Part shown: in pieces, positions 20,503 through 29,777 of the stretch
Layout: every line of letters begins with the position of its first letter
Numbering within the stretch: position 1 is the first letter of the stretch
Assembly: GCA_031556065.1 (NCBI GenBank)
Contig: JAVBTR010000012.1
Coordinates: 31-64,030 of the forward strand
Direction of reading: 5' to 3'
DNA: 64,000 nt
Origin: Eubacteriales bacterium
GTDB lineage: Bacteria; Bacillota; Clostridia; Christensenellales; Aristaeellaceae
Translations under genes and position numbers: made by a program
Notes under the pieces: generated by a model
The model's database searches: none
What the model saw: only the letters and a program-made list of their open reading frames with translations
Told to the model about the DNA's origin: nothing

Positions 20503-20866
20503 AAACATCCTCCGCATCGATCACATGGTAACCCTTTTCTTTAAGCGCCTTTGCGAAGAAACCCTGGCCTTTAATCAAGGTTGCTGAAAAGGTGCCATCG
20601 TAAACTTGGTTCACACCGCAGCTGGGGCTTCTGGATTGCAAAATGGCGCATTCAATTTCTTCGCCTGCGATCTTTTCAAGGGCCAGGGCAACCCCTTGTA
20701 CCAATTCAATCGGTATCCGGGGCGTTGGCAGCCCGCCAAGCACTTCCGGGCATATTTCCATTACGTCCTTGCCTTGCAAAAACCCCAGAACCTTGGGACT
20801 TAAATTGTTGCCCCCATTGTATTTGCAATTGCACCCCAACAGGCATGCGCTTACCAACACCTTCAT
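20495..20866 (-). CDS. DUF523 (YbbK-like) protein
   Basis: The signature is MKVLVSACLLGCNCKYNGG...SPSCG. Confidence 0.85.
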   Translation of the reverse strand: MKVLVSACLLGCNCKYNGGNNLSPKVLGFLQGKDVMEICPEVLGGLPTPRIPIELVQGVALALEKIAGEEIECAILQSRSPSCGVNQVYDGTFSATLIKGQGFFAKALKEKGYHVIDAEDVYV

Positions 20867-21031
20867 TTTGTATCACCCTCCGATTATAAAAAAGTATACC
20901 ATTTGGAATGCAGCGTATCAAGTCAAACAAAATAAATTGCACGCAATATAATTTTGCTATTGGCAAAAGCCAAATAGCCGTATATAATTTGCTTGAAATT
21001 AAATTTGAAGCAATTGAACGGAGGTTTGAAC

Positions 21032-21505
21032 ATGGAGCTATATGATATGACTGTAAAACAGATGGACGGCACAGACAAATCCTTAAACGATTATAAGGGC
21101 AAGGTGCTTTTGATCGTCAACACCGCTACGGGCTGCGGCTTTACCCCTCAATACGATGGGTTGCAGGATCTGTACGAGAAGTACGCTGGCCAGGGCTTTG
21201 AAATTTTGGATTTTCCCTGTAACCAATTTGGCCACCAGGCGCCGGGGGATGAGGAGGAGATCCACTCCTTTTGCACGGGGCGGTTTGGCATTACCTTCCC
21301 CCAATTCGCCAAGATCGACGTGAATGGCGCCAACGAATCCCCCCTGTACACCTGGCTGAAAAAGCAAAAGGGCGGCCTTGGGGGCAGCAATATTAAATGG
21401 AACTTTACCAAGTTTCTGGTAGACCAAAAAGGAAATGTTATCAAGCGCTTTGCCCCCACCCATAAGCCGGAAGCGCTGGACGCCCAGATCGCCGGTTTGC
21501 TGTAA
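21032..21505 (+). CDS. Glutathione peroxidase
   Basis: LIVNTATGCGFTPQY and FPCNQFGHQAPG...IKWNFTKFLV. The ATG follows GGAGG. Confidence 0.9.
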   Translation: MELYDMTVKQMDGTDKSLNDYKGKVLLIVNTATGCGFTPQYDGLQDLYEKYAGQGFEILDFPCNQFGHQAPGDEEEIHSFCTGRFGITFPQFAKIDVNGANESPLYTWLKKQKGGLGGSNIKWNFTKFLVDQKGNVIKRFAPTHKPEALDAQIAGLL

Positions 21506-21517
21506 GGAGGCGTAAGG

Positions 21518-21772
21518 ATGCATTACTCATACAAAACAGAAGACACCTGCTCCAGCGTGATCGATTTTGATCTGGAGGGCGGTATCGTGAAAAATGTACA
21601 GTTTACAGGGGGCTGCAATGGGAACCTGCAAGCCATTCCACGGCTTGTGGAGGGGATGGCGGCAACGGATGTTATTAAAACCCTGGGCGGCATCCGCTGC
21701 GGCAGACGGCCCTCCTCCTGTACAGATCAATTGACCATTGCCCTGCAAAAAGCCCGGGATAATGCAATTTAA
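21518..21772 (+). CDS. TIGR03905-type TSCPD domain protein
   Basis: FTGGCNGNLQAI....GIRCG.RPSSCTDQL. Confidence 0.8.
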   Translation: MHYSYKTEDTCSSVIDFDLEGGIVKNVQFTGGCNGNLQAIPRLVEGMAATDVIKTLGGIRCGRRPSSCTDQLTIALQKARDNAI

Positions 21773-21801
21773 TTGTGCGATAATCTATTGCGTGGTATAA
21801 T
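21764..21801 (+). promoter_or_regulatory. OhrR-box-like palindrome plus extended -10 promoter
   Basis: GCAATTTAATTGTG (21764-21777) resembles the CAATT-AATTG OhrR operator core. It is followed by TGgTATAAT, with the -10 at 21796-21801. Confidence 0.45.
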
Positions 21802-21823
21802 CCATGGGAAAGGGTGATCGATC

Positions 21824-22261
21824 ATGGGTTATGATATGCTCAAACTTGAAAACCAGCTGTGTTTTCCCTTATATGCCTGCGCCCGGGACGTGGTTAAAAA
21901 GTATACGCCGTTTTTAGAAAAGCTTGGGCTGACCTACACCCAATACATTGCCATGATGGTGTTATGGGAGCGCCAGAGCTTATCCGTAAAGGAATTGGGG
22001 GAAGCGCTGTATCTGGATTCCGGCACGCTCACCCCTTTGCTTAAACGCATGGAGAAGGAGGGCCTGGTTACAAGAACCAGAAGCCAGGCGGACGAACGCT
22101 GCGTGGTTGTGGCCATTACAGAAAAGGGCGAGGCGCTGAAGGAAGCGGCCAGCTACATTCCCGGGGAAATTGCCGGATGCATTCATTTATCTAAAGACGA
22201 AGCGGCCACACTATACGGGCTTTTGTACCGCATTCTTCTTAAGGAAGACCAGGCGAAATAA
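21824..22261 (+). CDS. MarR family regulator, OhrR-like
   Basis: The N-terminus LENQLCFPLYA carries the reactive Cys, and a MarR winged helix follows. Confidence 0.85.
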   Translation: MGYDMLKLENQLCFPLYACARDVVKKYTPFLEKLGLTYTQYIAMMVLWERQSLSVKELGEALYLDSGTLTPLLKRMEKEGLVTRTRSQADERCVVVAITEKGEALKEAASYIPGEIAGCIHLSKDEAATLYGLLYRILLKEDQAK

Positions 22262-22477
22262 GAGAGCGCTGGGATGCTGGAGCCTTGGAGGAACAGACGC
22301 TGCTGCGCGAAGCGTAGTCGGGGAGTGAAACGAGCGATGCGATAGCAGCGCGACGATTGAACGATCGGAAGAAAAGGGAGGTATGCGGAAACCTCCCGGT
22401 CCCTCTTGGAAAGCTACTTGCGCTAAAGAGCATTAGGCTTCGCTCCTTCACCCTTTTTCATCCCTTCCTCCTTCATC

Positions 22478-22506
22478 TTGACATTTATTCACAAACTCGC
22501 TATCAT
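22478..22506 (+). promoter_or_regulatory. Sigma-70 promoter immediately upstream of glyQS
   Basis: TTGACA (22478-22483), a 17-nt spacer, then TATCAT (22501-22506). Confidence 0.5.
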
Positions 22507-22536
22507 TGGAAAGAATAAATGCTGGAGGGGTTTACA

Positions 22537-23925
22537 ATGGGCGCATTGACGATGGATAAACTGGTGGCCCTGTGCAAAGGGCGTGGCTATATTTTCCCAG
22601 GCAGCGAAATCTACGGTGGTTTGGCTAACTCTTGGGATTACGGCCCCTTGGGCGTGGAATTTAAAAACAATGTAAAAAAAGCCTGGTGGCGCAAATTTGT
22701 ACAGGAATCCAAGTACAATGTGGGTTTGGACAGCGCCATTTTAATGAATCGCGATGTCTGGGTGGCTTCCGGCCACGTGGGCAACTTTAACGATCCATTA
22801 ATGGATTGCAAGGCCTGCAAGGCCCGCTTTAGGGCGGATAAGCTTGTTGAGGATTTCGCCGCCGCTAAGGGTGAAGACATTCAGGCCGATGGCTGGGGCA
22901 ACGCCGATTTGGAAAAATATATTGAAGAAAACAACATTCCTTGCCCCACCTGCGGTAAGCACGATTTTACGGGCATCCGCAAGTTCAACATGATGTTTAA
23001 AACCTTCCAAGGCGTAACGGAGGATTCTGCCAACGAGATTTATCTGCGTCCGGAAACGGCCCAGGGTATTTTCGTCAATTTTAAAAACATTGCCCGTACC
23101 ACACGTAAAAAGATGCCCATGGGCGTGGCCCAGATCGGTAAATCCTTCCGCAACGAAATTACCCCCGGCAACTTTATTTTCCGCATTCGCGAGTTTGAAC
23201 AAATGGAGCTGGAATTCTTCTGCAAGCCTGGCACCGATATGGAATGGTTTGAGTACTGGCGCGCATTCTGCCGGGAGTGGCTTCTTAACCTGGGTGTAAA
23301 ACAAGAATCCCTTCGTCTTCGGGATCATAAGCCGGAAGAATTGTCCCACTATTCCAAAGCCACCACCGACTTTGAGTTTCTCTTCCCCTTTGGCTGGGGG
23401 GAACTGTGGGGGATTGCCGACCGTACGGATTTCGACCTGAAAGCCCACCAGAGCCAATCCGGCGAAAACATGGAATACATTGATCCTGTTACCAACGAAC
23501 GCTATATTCCCTATGTGGTGGAGCCCTCCCTGGGCGCCGACCGCGTGGCCTTGGCCTTCCTTTGCAACGCTTATGAGGAAGAAGAATTAGAAGGGGGGGA
23601 TGTGCGTACCGTTATGCACCTGCATCCGGCTCTGGCCCCCTTTAAGGCCGCTGTGCTGCCCCTGCAAAAGAACAAGCTGGGGGAACTTGCCGCCAGCGTA
23701 TATGAAGGGCTTTCCAAATCCTTCATGGTGGATTACGACGAAACCGGCTCCATTGGCAAGCGCTACCGCCGCCAAGACGAGATCGGCACGCCTTATTGCA
23801 TTACCGTAGATTTCGATACCGAAGCGACCGGCAATGTGACCGTTCGCAACCGGGATACCATGACCCAGGACATCGTAGCCATTAAAGACTTAAAAGCCTA
23901 CATTGAAAAATCTTTGGAATTTTAG
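22537..23925 (+). CDS. glyQS: Glycine--tRNA ligase (homodimeric GlyQS type)
   Basis: The protein is GlyRS-like along its full length ([24 protein letters not shown]...[24 protein letters not shown]). Confidence 0.95.
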   Translation: MGALTMDKLVALCKGRGYIFPGSEIYGGLANSWDYGPLGVEFKNNVKKAWWRKFVQESKYNVGLDSAILMNRDVWVASGHVGNFNDPLMDCKACKARFRADKLVEDFAAAKGEDIQADGWGNADLEKYIEENNIPCPTCGKHDFTGIRKFNMMFKTFQGVTEDSANEIYLRPETAQGIFVNFKNIARTTRKKMPMGVAQIGKSFRNEITPGNFIFRIREFEQMELEFFCKPGTDMEWFEYWRAFCREWLLNLGVKQESLRLRDHKPEELSHYSKATTDFEFLFPFGWGELWGIADRTDFDLKAHQSQSGENMEYIDPVTNERYIPYVVEPSLGADRVALAFLCNAYEEEELEGGDVRTVMHLHPALAPFKAAVLPLQKNKLGELAASVYEGLSKSFMVDYDETGSIGKRYRRQDEIGTPYCITVDFDTEATGNVTVRNRDTMTQDIVAIKDLKAYIEKSLEF

Positions 23926-23927
23926 GC

Positions 23928-23956
23928 TTGACAAATAAAATTGTCTGTTGTATCAT
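23928..23956 (+). promoter_or_regulatory. Sigma-70 promoter of the T-box leader
   Basis: TTGACA (23928-23933), a 17-nt spacer, then TATCAT (23951-23956). Confidence 0.55.
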
Positions 23957-23974
23957 AACGCCAATCGAACATCA

Positions 23975-24238
23975 AACCGTTGAGCGGGAGGAGTACACCT
24001 TCTAAAAATCCTTCAAGAGAGCGCTGGGTGGTGGGATCAGCGCAAGGATGGGGAAAGTGGAATGGGCCTGCGAGGGTTCTCTTGAAAGCCAGGAGCTGTG
24101 GGCCGTAGGGAGAAACGGGGACTGCACCCGTTACAAGGGCAGCGCATATGATGGTATGCGAATAAAGTGGATCGAAAGATCAATTTGAGTGGCACCACGG
24201 GATATCCGCCTCAAGCAATATAGCTTGAGGCGTTTTTC
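23975..24238 (+). promoter_or_regulatory. T-box riboswitch leader with probable Trp (UGG) specifier
   Basis: It has an AG bulge and distal loop (ATCCTT-CAAGAGAG-CGCTG-GGTGGTGGGAT-CAGCG-C-AAGGAT) and an F-box CCGTTA. The T-box sequence is TTTGAGTGGCACCACGGG (about 24183-24202). The terminator is CCGCCTCAAGC/GCTTGAGGCG plus a T run (24206-24238). The specifier-loop context is GAA-TGG-G, with TGG at 24063-24065. Confidence 0.75.
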
Positions 24239-24272
24239 TATTTAAAAATCATTTTGAAAGGTGGACTTGGTT

Positions 24273-25235
24273 ATGAAAAAGTATGTGGCATTGGCAATGG
24301 CAATCCTGTTGGTTCTCTCTATGGCAAGGGCGTTGGCGCAGGATAAGCTCACCGTAGGCATTTTGCAGTTCGCGGAACACCCCTCCCTGGACAACTGCCG
24401 CAATGGGAGCATTGAAGGGCTTAAGCAAATGGGTTATGTAGAGGGTGAAAACCTGGTTATCGAATACCAGAACGCCCAGGCGGACATGGGTATTAACGCC
24501 CAGATCGCTCAAGGCTTTGCCGACAAGAACGTGAACCTCATCATTGGCATTGCCACCCCCTCCGCCATGGCTGCCTTTAACGCAGCAGACGAAAAGATTC
24601 CCGTGATTTACTCCGCCGTTACCGATCCGGTGGCGGCTCAACTGGCTAAGGAAGACGGTCTGAGCGGCCAGAACATCACCGGCACCAGCGATAAACTGCC
24701 CGTTGAAAAGCAGCTTCAGCTCATCCGCAAGGTGCTGCCAGAGGCCAAGAAAATCGGTATTCTCTACACCACCAGCGAGGTCAATAGCTATTCTGCTATT
24801 CAAGAATACAAGGCGTTGGCAGCAAATTATGGTTTTGAAATCGTTGAAATGGGCATTGCAACCGGTACGGACATCCCCTTGGCTTTGGATGTGCTTCTTC
24901 CCAAGGTGGATTGCCTGAACAACCTTACTGATAACACTGTGGTCAGCTACCTGGCCCTTGTTCTGGATAAGGCCAACGAACAATCCAAGCCTGTATTCGG
25001 CAGCGAGGTGGAACAGGTGCGGGATGGCTGTATTGCTTCAGAAGGCCTGGATTACATCGCCCTGGGTCAGCAGACTGGCGTTCTGGCAGCACGGGTGTTG
25101 AACGGCGAAGACGCAGGGCAAATTCCCTTTGAACTGATTGTAGAATCTGCTTCCTATATTAACAGCAGTGTATTCGCCGCGTTGAATATCGATATACCCG
25201 CAGAATTGGCGGGTGCAGAGGATGTGGCGAAATAG
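24273..25235 (+). CDS. ABC transporter substrate-binding lipoprotein (ABC_sub_bind/TrpX-like family)
   Basis: A signal peptide is followed by KLTVGILQFAEHPSLDNCRNG...GIATPSAMAA, which is typical of the PF04392-type family. Confidence 0.8.
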   Translation: MKKYVALAMAILLVLSMARALAQDKLTVGILQFAEHPSLDNCRNGSIEGLKQMGYVEGENLVIEYQNAQADMGINAQIAQGFADKNVNLIIGIATPSAMAAFNAADEKIPVIYSAVTDPVAAQLAKEDGLSGQNITGTSDKLPVEKQLQLIRKVLPEAKKIGILYTTSEVNSYSAIQEYKALAANYGFEIVEMGIATGTDIPLALDVLLPKVDCLNNLTDNTVVSYLALVLDKANEQSKPVFGSEVEQVRDGCIASEGLDYIALGQQTGVLAARVLNGEDAGQIPFELIVESASYINSSVFAALNIDIPAELAGAEDVAK

Positions 25236-25298
25236 GGAGTAGCGCAAAGGGGTAAAGTATGTTAAAATATCAACGATTAAAACAACAGGAGGCATTTT

Positions 25299-26438
25299 AT
25301 GAAAAAATTGGCATTGCTTCTGGCGATCACGTTGGTATTGTGCACGCCGCTTACTTTGGCGGAAACCCTGGTATCGCCCATGCATCCAGGCCCCCAAAAC
25401 CCTTTGACTGACAATTTGTACGATTTCCGGTTCGTAATGGAAAACGTTCTGTACGAACTGCCCACATCCTATGAAACCTTTACTGCCGCCGGGTGGGAAG
25501 TGAAGAACAAGCAGGATTTGGAAGATACGCTGACCCCTAACCAGTACACCTTCAGCGTCAGACTGGTGAATAACGCCAATTTTGAGACCAGAGAGATTTA
25601 CGTCAGCTTTTTCAACAACGATAACTGCGTAAAAAAGGTGGGGGAATGCCCGGTGGCCGGTATCACCATCGAAACCGCCTCCGGGGATAAGCCCCAGATT
25701 GCCGTAGTGCTGCCTAAGGGAATTGAAAAGGGCATTTCCACCCAGGAGGATATCGTTGCTGCTTACGGCAACCCCACCAATCTTTATGAAGGTTCTTCTT
25801 ACAATTGTTTGACCTATGAAACCGAAAGCTACCGCAACTTTAAGCTGTACGTAGAAAACGGCGTTCTGAACAAGGTGGAGGCCCGGAACTTTGTGGATGG
25901 GGAAACCCAATCCCCTGTATCGGAGGACGTGCCTCAGTACATTTTGGATTATGAAGCTCCCGCGGAATTGGGGGAAGATATCACCGGCTTTGTGGTTTCC
26001 TTTAATGGCGATCTGTACAAGCTGCCTGCGCCTATTAGCGCATTTGTGGCCAACGGCTATGCCTTCCAAAGCGCTAAGGTGGAAAGCGTTCCCGCTAAAG
26101 ATAGTCCCTACGGTGGTGTGGTGCTGACCAAGGATAACCAGAATTACAAGTTCTACACCAGAAACTATGCTGATGTAGCTGTGCTGCCGGAAAACTGCGC
26201 GGTGTACGAGATTGAAGTAAGCAGCTATGATGAATATGAATTGATCTTGCCCGGTAACATCCAAAAAGGCATGGCCAAGGCTGACTTAGAAGCCTTGATA
26301 GGCTCCTTGGGCTTTGAACGCACGGAACAGGACAAATACTGGCGCTACTATTTTAAAGACGACAACCGCAACACCATCGAAATTATCGTATCAAAAGAAA
26401 ATGAGCAGATCAGCGGCATTGAGGTCAGCGCAAGATAA
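25299..26438 (+). CDS. Secreted hypothetical protein
   Basis: It has a signal peptide MKKLALLLAITLVLCTPLTLA and a good RBS. I recognise no domain. Confidence 0.55.
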   Translation: MKKLALLLAITLVLCTPLTLAETLVSPMHPGPQNPLTDNLYDFRFVMENVLYELPTSYETFTAAGWEVKNKQDLEDTLTPNQYTFSVRLVNNANFETREIYVSFFNNDNCVKKVGECPVAGITIETASGDKPQIAVVLPKGIEKGISTQEDIVAAYGNPTNLYEGSSYNCLTYETESYRNFKLYVENGVLNKVEARNFVDGETQSPVSEDVPQYILDYEAPAELGEDITGFVVSFNGDLYKLPAPISAFVANGYAFQSAKVESVPAKDSPYGGVVLTKDNQNYKFYTRNYADVAVLPENCAVYEIEVSSYDEYELILPGNIQKGMAKADLEALIGSLGFERTEQDKYWRYYFKDDNRNTIEIIVSKENEQISGIEVSAR

Positions 26439-26470
26439 GCTCACCCCATACAGGTTTTCTTAGCTCGGAT

Positions 26471-26525
26471 AACGTGAGAGGGAAGGGGTTCTTTTTTTAA
26501 AAAAGAACCCCTTCCCTCTCACGTT
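26471..26525. terminator. Bidirectional terminator (perfect palindrome)
   Basis: AACGTGAGAGGGAAGGGGTTCTTTTTTT/AAAAAAGAACCCCTTCCCTCTCACGTT. Confidence 0.8.
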
Positions 26526-26662
26526 CTATTGCCCAATATGCCAACAAAATACAAGGAAGAAACTACATGGTTATGTTATGATAAATGTATGGTATAATCG
26601 CTGTGCTGAACGAAAGCCAAAGATCCTGCGGGCGGGGAAATGAAACGTAGGAGGATGAGCTT

Positions 26663-27841
26663 TTGAAGACCAATTTAGGTTCAAGGCCATACCGCCACCG
26701 ACTAAAGCGATTTGCTATGGGGCTCACAAGCGCGGTGATGACAGCCATGCTGGTTTTAGCCAGCAGCGGAGGGAATCAAGCACAGGCTCTGGCGGCACAA
26801 GAAACTACAAAGGATAGGATGGTACGACCGATGATTAGCGCATACGTATACGATCGGGCCGGAATGAAATTACAAGACAGGGATGGGGCTTATTTAAGCC
26901 AGATGAACTATTCTTTCGCACTGATTGAGGATGGCAAGGTAACCGGCAAGCATTGGAAGAGCATTAAGACCTTTGAAAGCTACATTAAGAAGCATTCCAA
27001 TGTTTTGCCCGTTTTGGCCGTTGGCGGCTGGGGGGCAGATGGTTTTTCCCAAGCGGCGGCCACCGATGCAAGCCGGAAAAAGTTTGCCCAGAGCGCTATC
27101 GAGCTAATGGAAAAGCACGGTTTCCTGGGGCTGGATATGGACTGGGAATACCCTGGATCGTCTGTGGCGGGCATAACCAGCTCTGAAAAGGACAAGCATA
27201 ATTTTACGTTATTGCTCCAAGAGTTAAGGTATACCTTCGACGCGGTGGAGAAGCAGGACGGCAAGCACAGATACCTGACCATCGCTGTGGGTGGCTCCAA
27301 AACCCATGCGGATGGCTTGGAATTGAACGCCATCGCCAAGATTGTGGATCAGGTAAACGTGATGACTTACGATCTGAGGGGCTTTGAAAAGACCACCGGC
27401 CACCATACCTGTTTGTACGCCCAGAAGGGCGATGTAGATAAGGTCAGCGCAGCGGAAGGGGTCAAGGCCTATATCAACGGCGGAATCCCGGCCAGCAAGC
27501 TCATGATGGGCGCGGCGTTTTACGGCAGGGCCTGGCGTAACGTTAAGGGCGAAGGCACAGGCCTAGATCAAAAGGCCGGCACCAGTGGCAACAAGAGCTA
27601 TTCCTATGCCCAAATAGAAGAAATGATCGAGGGCGGGGAATACAAGGTCTATTGGGATGAAAACGCTCACGCCAACTATTTGTTTAATGGCAGCACCTTT
27701 ATTAGCTACGAATCCACCGATTCCATCGGGCAAAAAGGTCAGTACGCGCTGAATAACGGGTTGCAAGGCGTGATGTTTTGGGAGTATAATCAAGATACCA
27801 CGGGGCAGTTGCTCAAAGCCCTGTACGATTCCTTGCACTGA
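26663..27841 (+). CDS. Glycoside hydrolase family 18 (chitinase-like) secreted protein
   Basis: The catalytic motif is GLDMDWEYP (DxxDxDxE). It has a signal/TM N-terminus and a TTG start 9 nt after AGGAGG. Confidence 0.85.
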   Translation: MKTNLGSRPYRHRLKRFAMGLTSAVMTAMLVLASSGGNQAQALAAQETTKDRMVRPMISAYVYDRAGMKLQDRDGAYLSQMNYSFALIEDGKVTGKHWKSIKTFESYIKKHSNVLPVLAVGGWGADGFSQAAATDASRKKFAQSAIELMEKHGFLGLDMDWEYPGSSVAGITSSEKDKHNFTLLLQELRYTFDAVEKQDGKHRYLTIAVGGSKTHADGLELNAIAKIVDQVNVMTYDLRGFEKTTGHHTCLYAQKGDVDKVSAAEGVKAYINGGIPASKLMMGAAFYGRAWRNVKGEGTGLDQKAGTSGNKSYSYAQIEEMIEGGEYKVYWDENAHANYLFNGSTFISYESTDSIGQKGQYALNNGLQGVMFWEYNQDTTGQLLKALYDSLH

Positions 27842-27845
27842 TGTG

Positions 27846-27874
27846 TTGACAAAGGTCGCTTCGTGGGGTATAAT
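27846..27874 (+). promoter_or_regulatory. Consensus sigma-70 promoter of the his operon
   Basis: TTGACA (27846-27851), a 17-nt spacer, then TATAAT (27869-27874). Confidence 0.55.
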
Positions 27875-27924
27875 TCATCGCATTAGCACTTTATCATGCT
27901 AAAGCAAACCCCAGGAGGTGTACA

Positions 27925-29127
27925 ATGAATCGAATCGATTGCCAAATCCCGGAAGGGATGCAAGATACATTACCGGGTGAATGCTTGCGTAAGCGTCAGG
28001 TTGAAGGGACGCTGCGCAAGCTTTTTGCGCGTTACGGCTATCAAGAGATCGAAACGCCGCTGTTAGAATATTACCGCGTGATGGACGATGAAACCTTCGG
28101 GTTTCAAGAAACCCATGTATGGAAGACTTTTGACAGGCGGGGCCGTGTATTGGCTATCCGTCCGGATTCCACAATCCCCTCGGTGCGCATGGCGGCGTCC
28201 CGTTTAAGCGAGGAGCCGCTGCCGCTGAGGCTATGCTACATGCAATCGGCGGCCACATACCGCCTAGACACGGCCTCGGCTCTTTGCGAGGGCACTCAGG
28301 CCGGAGTGGAATTGATGGGGGAAGGAGGGCCTTACGCCGACGCGGAGGTGATTGCCTTGGCGGTGGAAAGCCTGAAAGCTGCCGGACTGAAGGCTTTTCA
28401 GTTGGATGTGGGCCAGGTGGCTTTCTTTAGTGGCTTTATGGAAGAGGCAGGGCTTTCCCAAAACCAAAGGTCCATGATTGCCCGTTTTGTGGACGATAAG
28501 AACATGCTGGGCATGGAGCTGTATTTGAAGGAGGAGGGCCTGCCGGACGATATCATGAGCAAGCTGGGTAAACTGACCCAGCTTTACGGTGATGAAAGTA
28601 TTTTGGAAGAAGCGGAACAGCTGACTCAAAATGCCACCTGTATAAAGGCCATTGAAAATTTGAAGCAGGTGCGGGATATTTTGCATGCCTATGGGCTAAT
28701 GGATTATATCAGCTTCGATTTAGGCATGGTGGGGGGCATTAATTATTATTCTGGGATGATTTTCCGGGGTATTACCACCCACCTGGGGCAGCCTTTGCTA
28801 TCCGGCGGCCGGTACGACGGCCTGCCTGGCGCCTTTGGCCGGGAAATGCCGGCCACGGGATTCGCCCTGTCGGTGAAGCTATTGATGATTGCCCTGGAGC
28901 AGCAAGGTGAGGTGTTTTCAAAGCCTTGGATGGATATGGTTCTGGGCTTTGAACCAGGGGCCATTGAACAGGCCCTTGGGTACGCGGCACAGATGCGCCG
29001 GGATGGCAAAACCGTGGCCATTTTATACGATGGAAAGCGGGAGACTGTCAAGGCCCATTCAGGCTGCGGCCAAGCGGTTTATGTAACGAAGGAGGCCATC
29101 GAAATCATGGCGGGGGGGCGTGTGTAA
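27925..29127 (+). CDS. hisZ: ATP phosphoribosyltransferase regulatory subunit
   Basis: It is a HisRS paralogue ([12 protein letters not shown]...[14 protein letters not shown]) located directly upstream of a short-form hisG. Confidence 0.9.
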   Translation: MNRIDCQIPEGMQDTLPGECLRKRQVEGTLRKLFARYGYQEIETPLLEYYRVMDDETFGFQETHVWKTFDRRGRVLAIRPDSTIPSVRMAASRLSEEPLPLRLCYMQSAATYRLDTASALCEGTQAGVELMGEGGPYADAEVIALAVESLKAAGLKAFQLDVGQVAFFSGFMEEAGLSQNQRSMIARFVDDKNMLGMELYLKEEGLPDDIMSKLGKLTQLYGDESILEEAEQLTQNATCIKAIENLKQVRDILHAYGLMDYISFDLGMVGGINYYSGMIFRGITTHLGQPLLSGGRYDGLPGAFGREMPATGFALSVKLLMIALEQQGEVFSKPWMDMVLGFEPGAIEQALGYAAQMRRDGKTVAILYDGKRETVKAHSGCGQAVYVTKEAIEIMAGGRV

Positions 29128-29777
29128 TGGAGAAAATCACCATTGCGCTGGCCAAAGGGCGGCTGGCAGAACAGGCCTTTACGCTATTGGAGGGCATGGG
29201 CGTGGATTGCTCGGAGCCGAAAAACCCGGGCAGAAGGCTGGTGCTTCAAGATGAAAAGAACGGTATATCCTTTATTCTGGTAAAGCCCAGCGACGTGCCC
29301 ACCTATGTGGATCACGGCGTGGCGGATATTGGCTTTGTGGGGAAGGATACTCTGATGGAAGCCAATCGGCCCTTGTATGAGGTGCTGGATTTGGGGTTTG
29401 GCCGCTGCCGTCTGTGCATTGCCGGGTTCCCAGGGAAGCGGGAGGGCAGCGTCACCAGGGCTAATTACCGGGTGGCCACCAAGTACCCGCAAATCGCAAG
29501 GGATTACTATGCCGCCAAGGGCAAGACCATTGAAATTATCAAATTAAACGGCTCGGTGGAATTGGGGCCCTTGGTGGGATTAAGCGATGTGATACTGGAT
29601 ATCGTAGAATCCGGATCCACCCTTAAAGCCAATGGCCTGGATGTATTGGAAGAAATCTGTGAGGTTTCCGCAAGGCTTGTAGTCAATCGGGTAGCCCTTA
29701 AAACCAAAAGGGAACGGGTGCGCTGGCTGATCGACGGCATACAGAAGGAATTGGAGAAGAAAGGGGATCAAGGCTGA
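29127..29777 (+). CDS. hisG: ATP phosphoribosyltransferase (short form)
   Basis: [13 protein letters not shown]...DIGFVGKD...[14 protein letters not shown]. Confidence 0.92.
   Translation: MEKITIALAKGRLAEQAFTLLEGMGVDCSEPKNPGRRLVLQDEKNGISFILVKPSDVPTYVDHGVADIGFVGKDTLMEANRPLYEVLDLGFGRCRLCIAGFPGKREGSVTRANYRVATKYPQIARDYYAAKGKTIEIIKLNGSVELGPLVGLSDVILDIVESGSTLKANGLDVLEEICEVSARLVVNRVALKTKRERVRWLIDGIQKELEKKGDQG

Noticed and set aside
22798-23457. A 219-aa minus-strand ORF.
   Set aside because: It is an antisense shadow inside glyQS.
24249-26264. Two long minus-strand ORFs (244 aa and 408 aa).
   Set aside because: They are antisense shadows of the substrate-binding protein gene and the secreted-protein gene. 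They have no RBS and no motifs.
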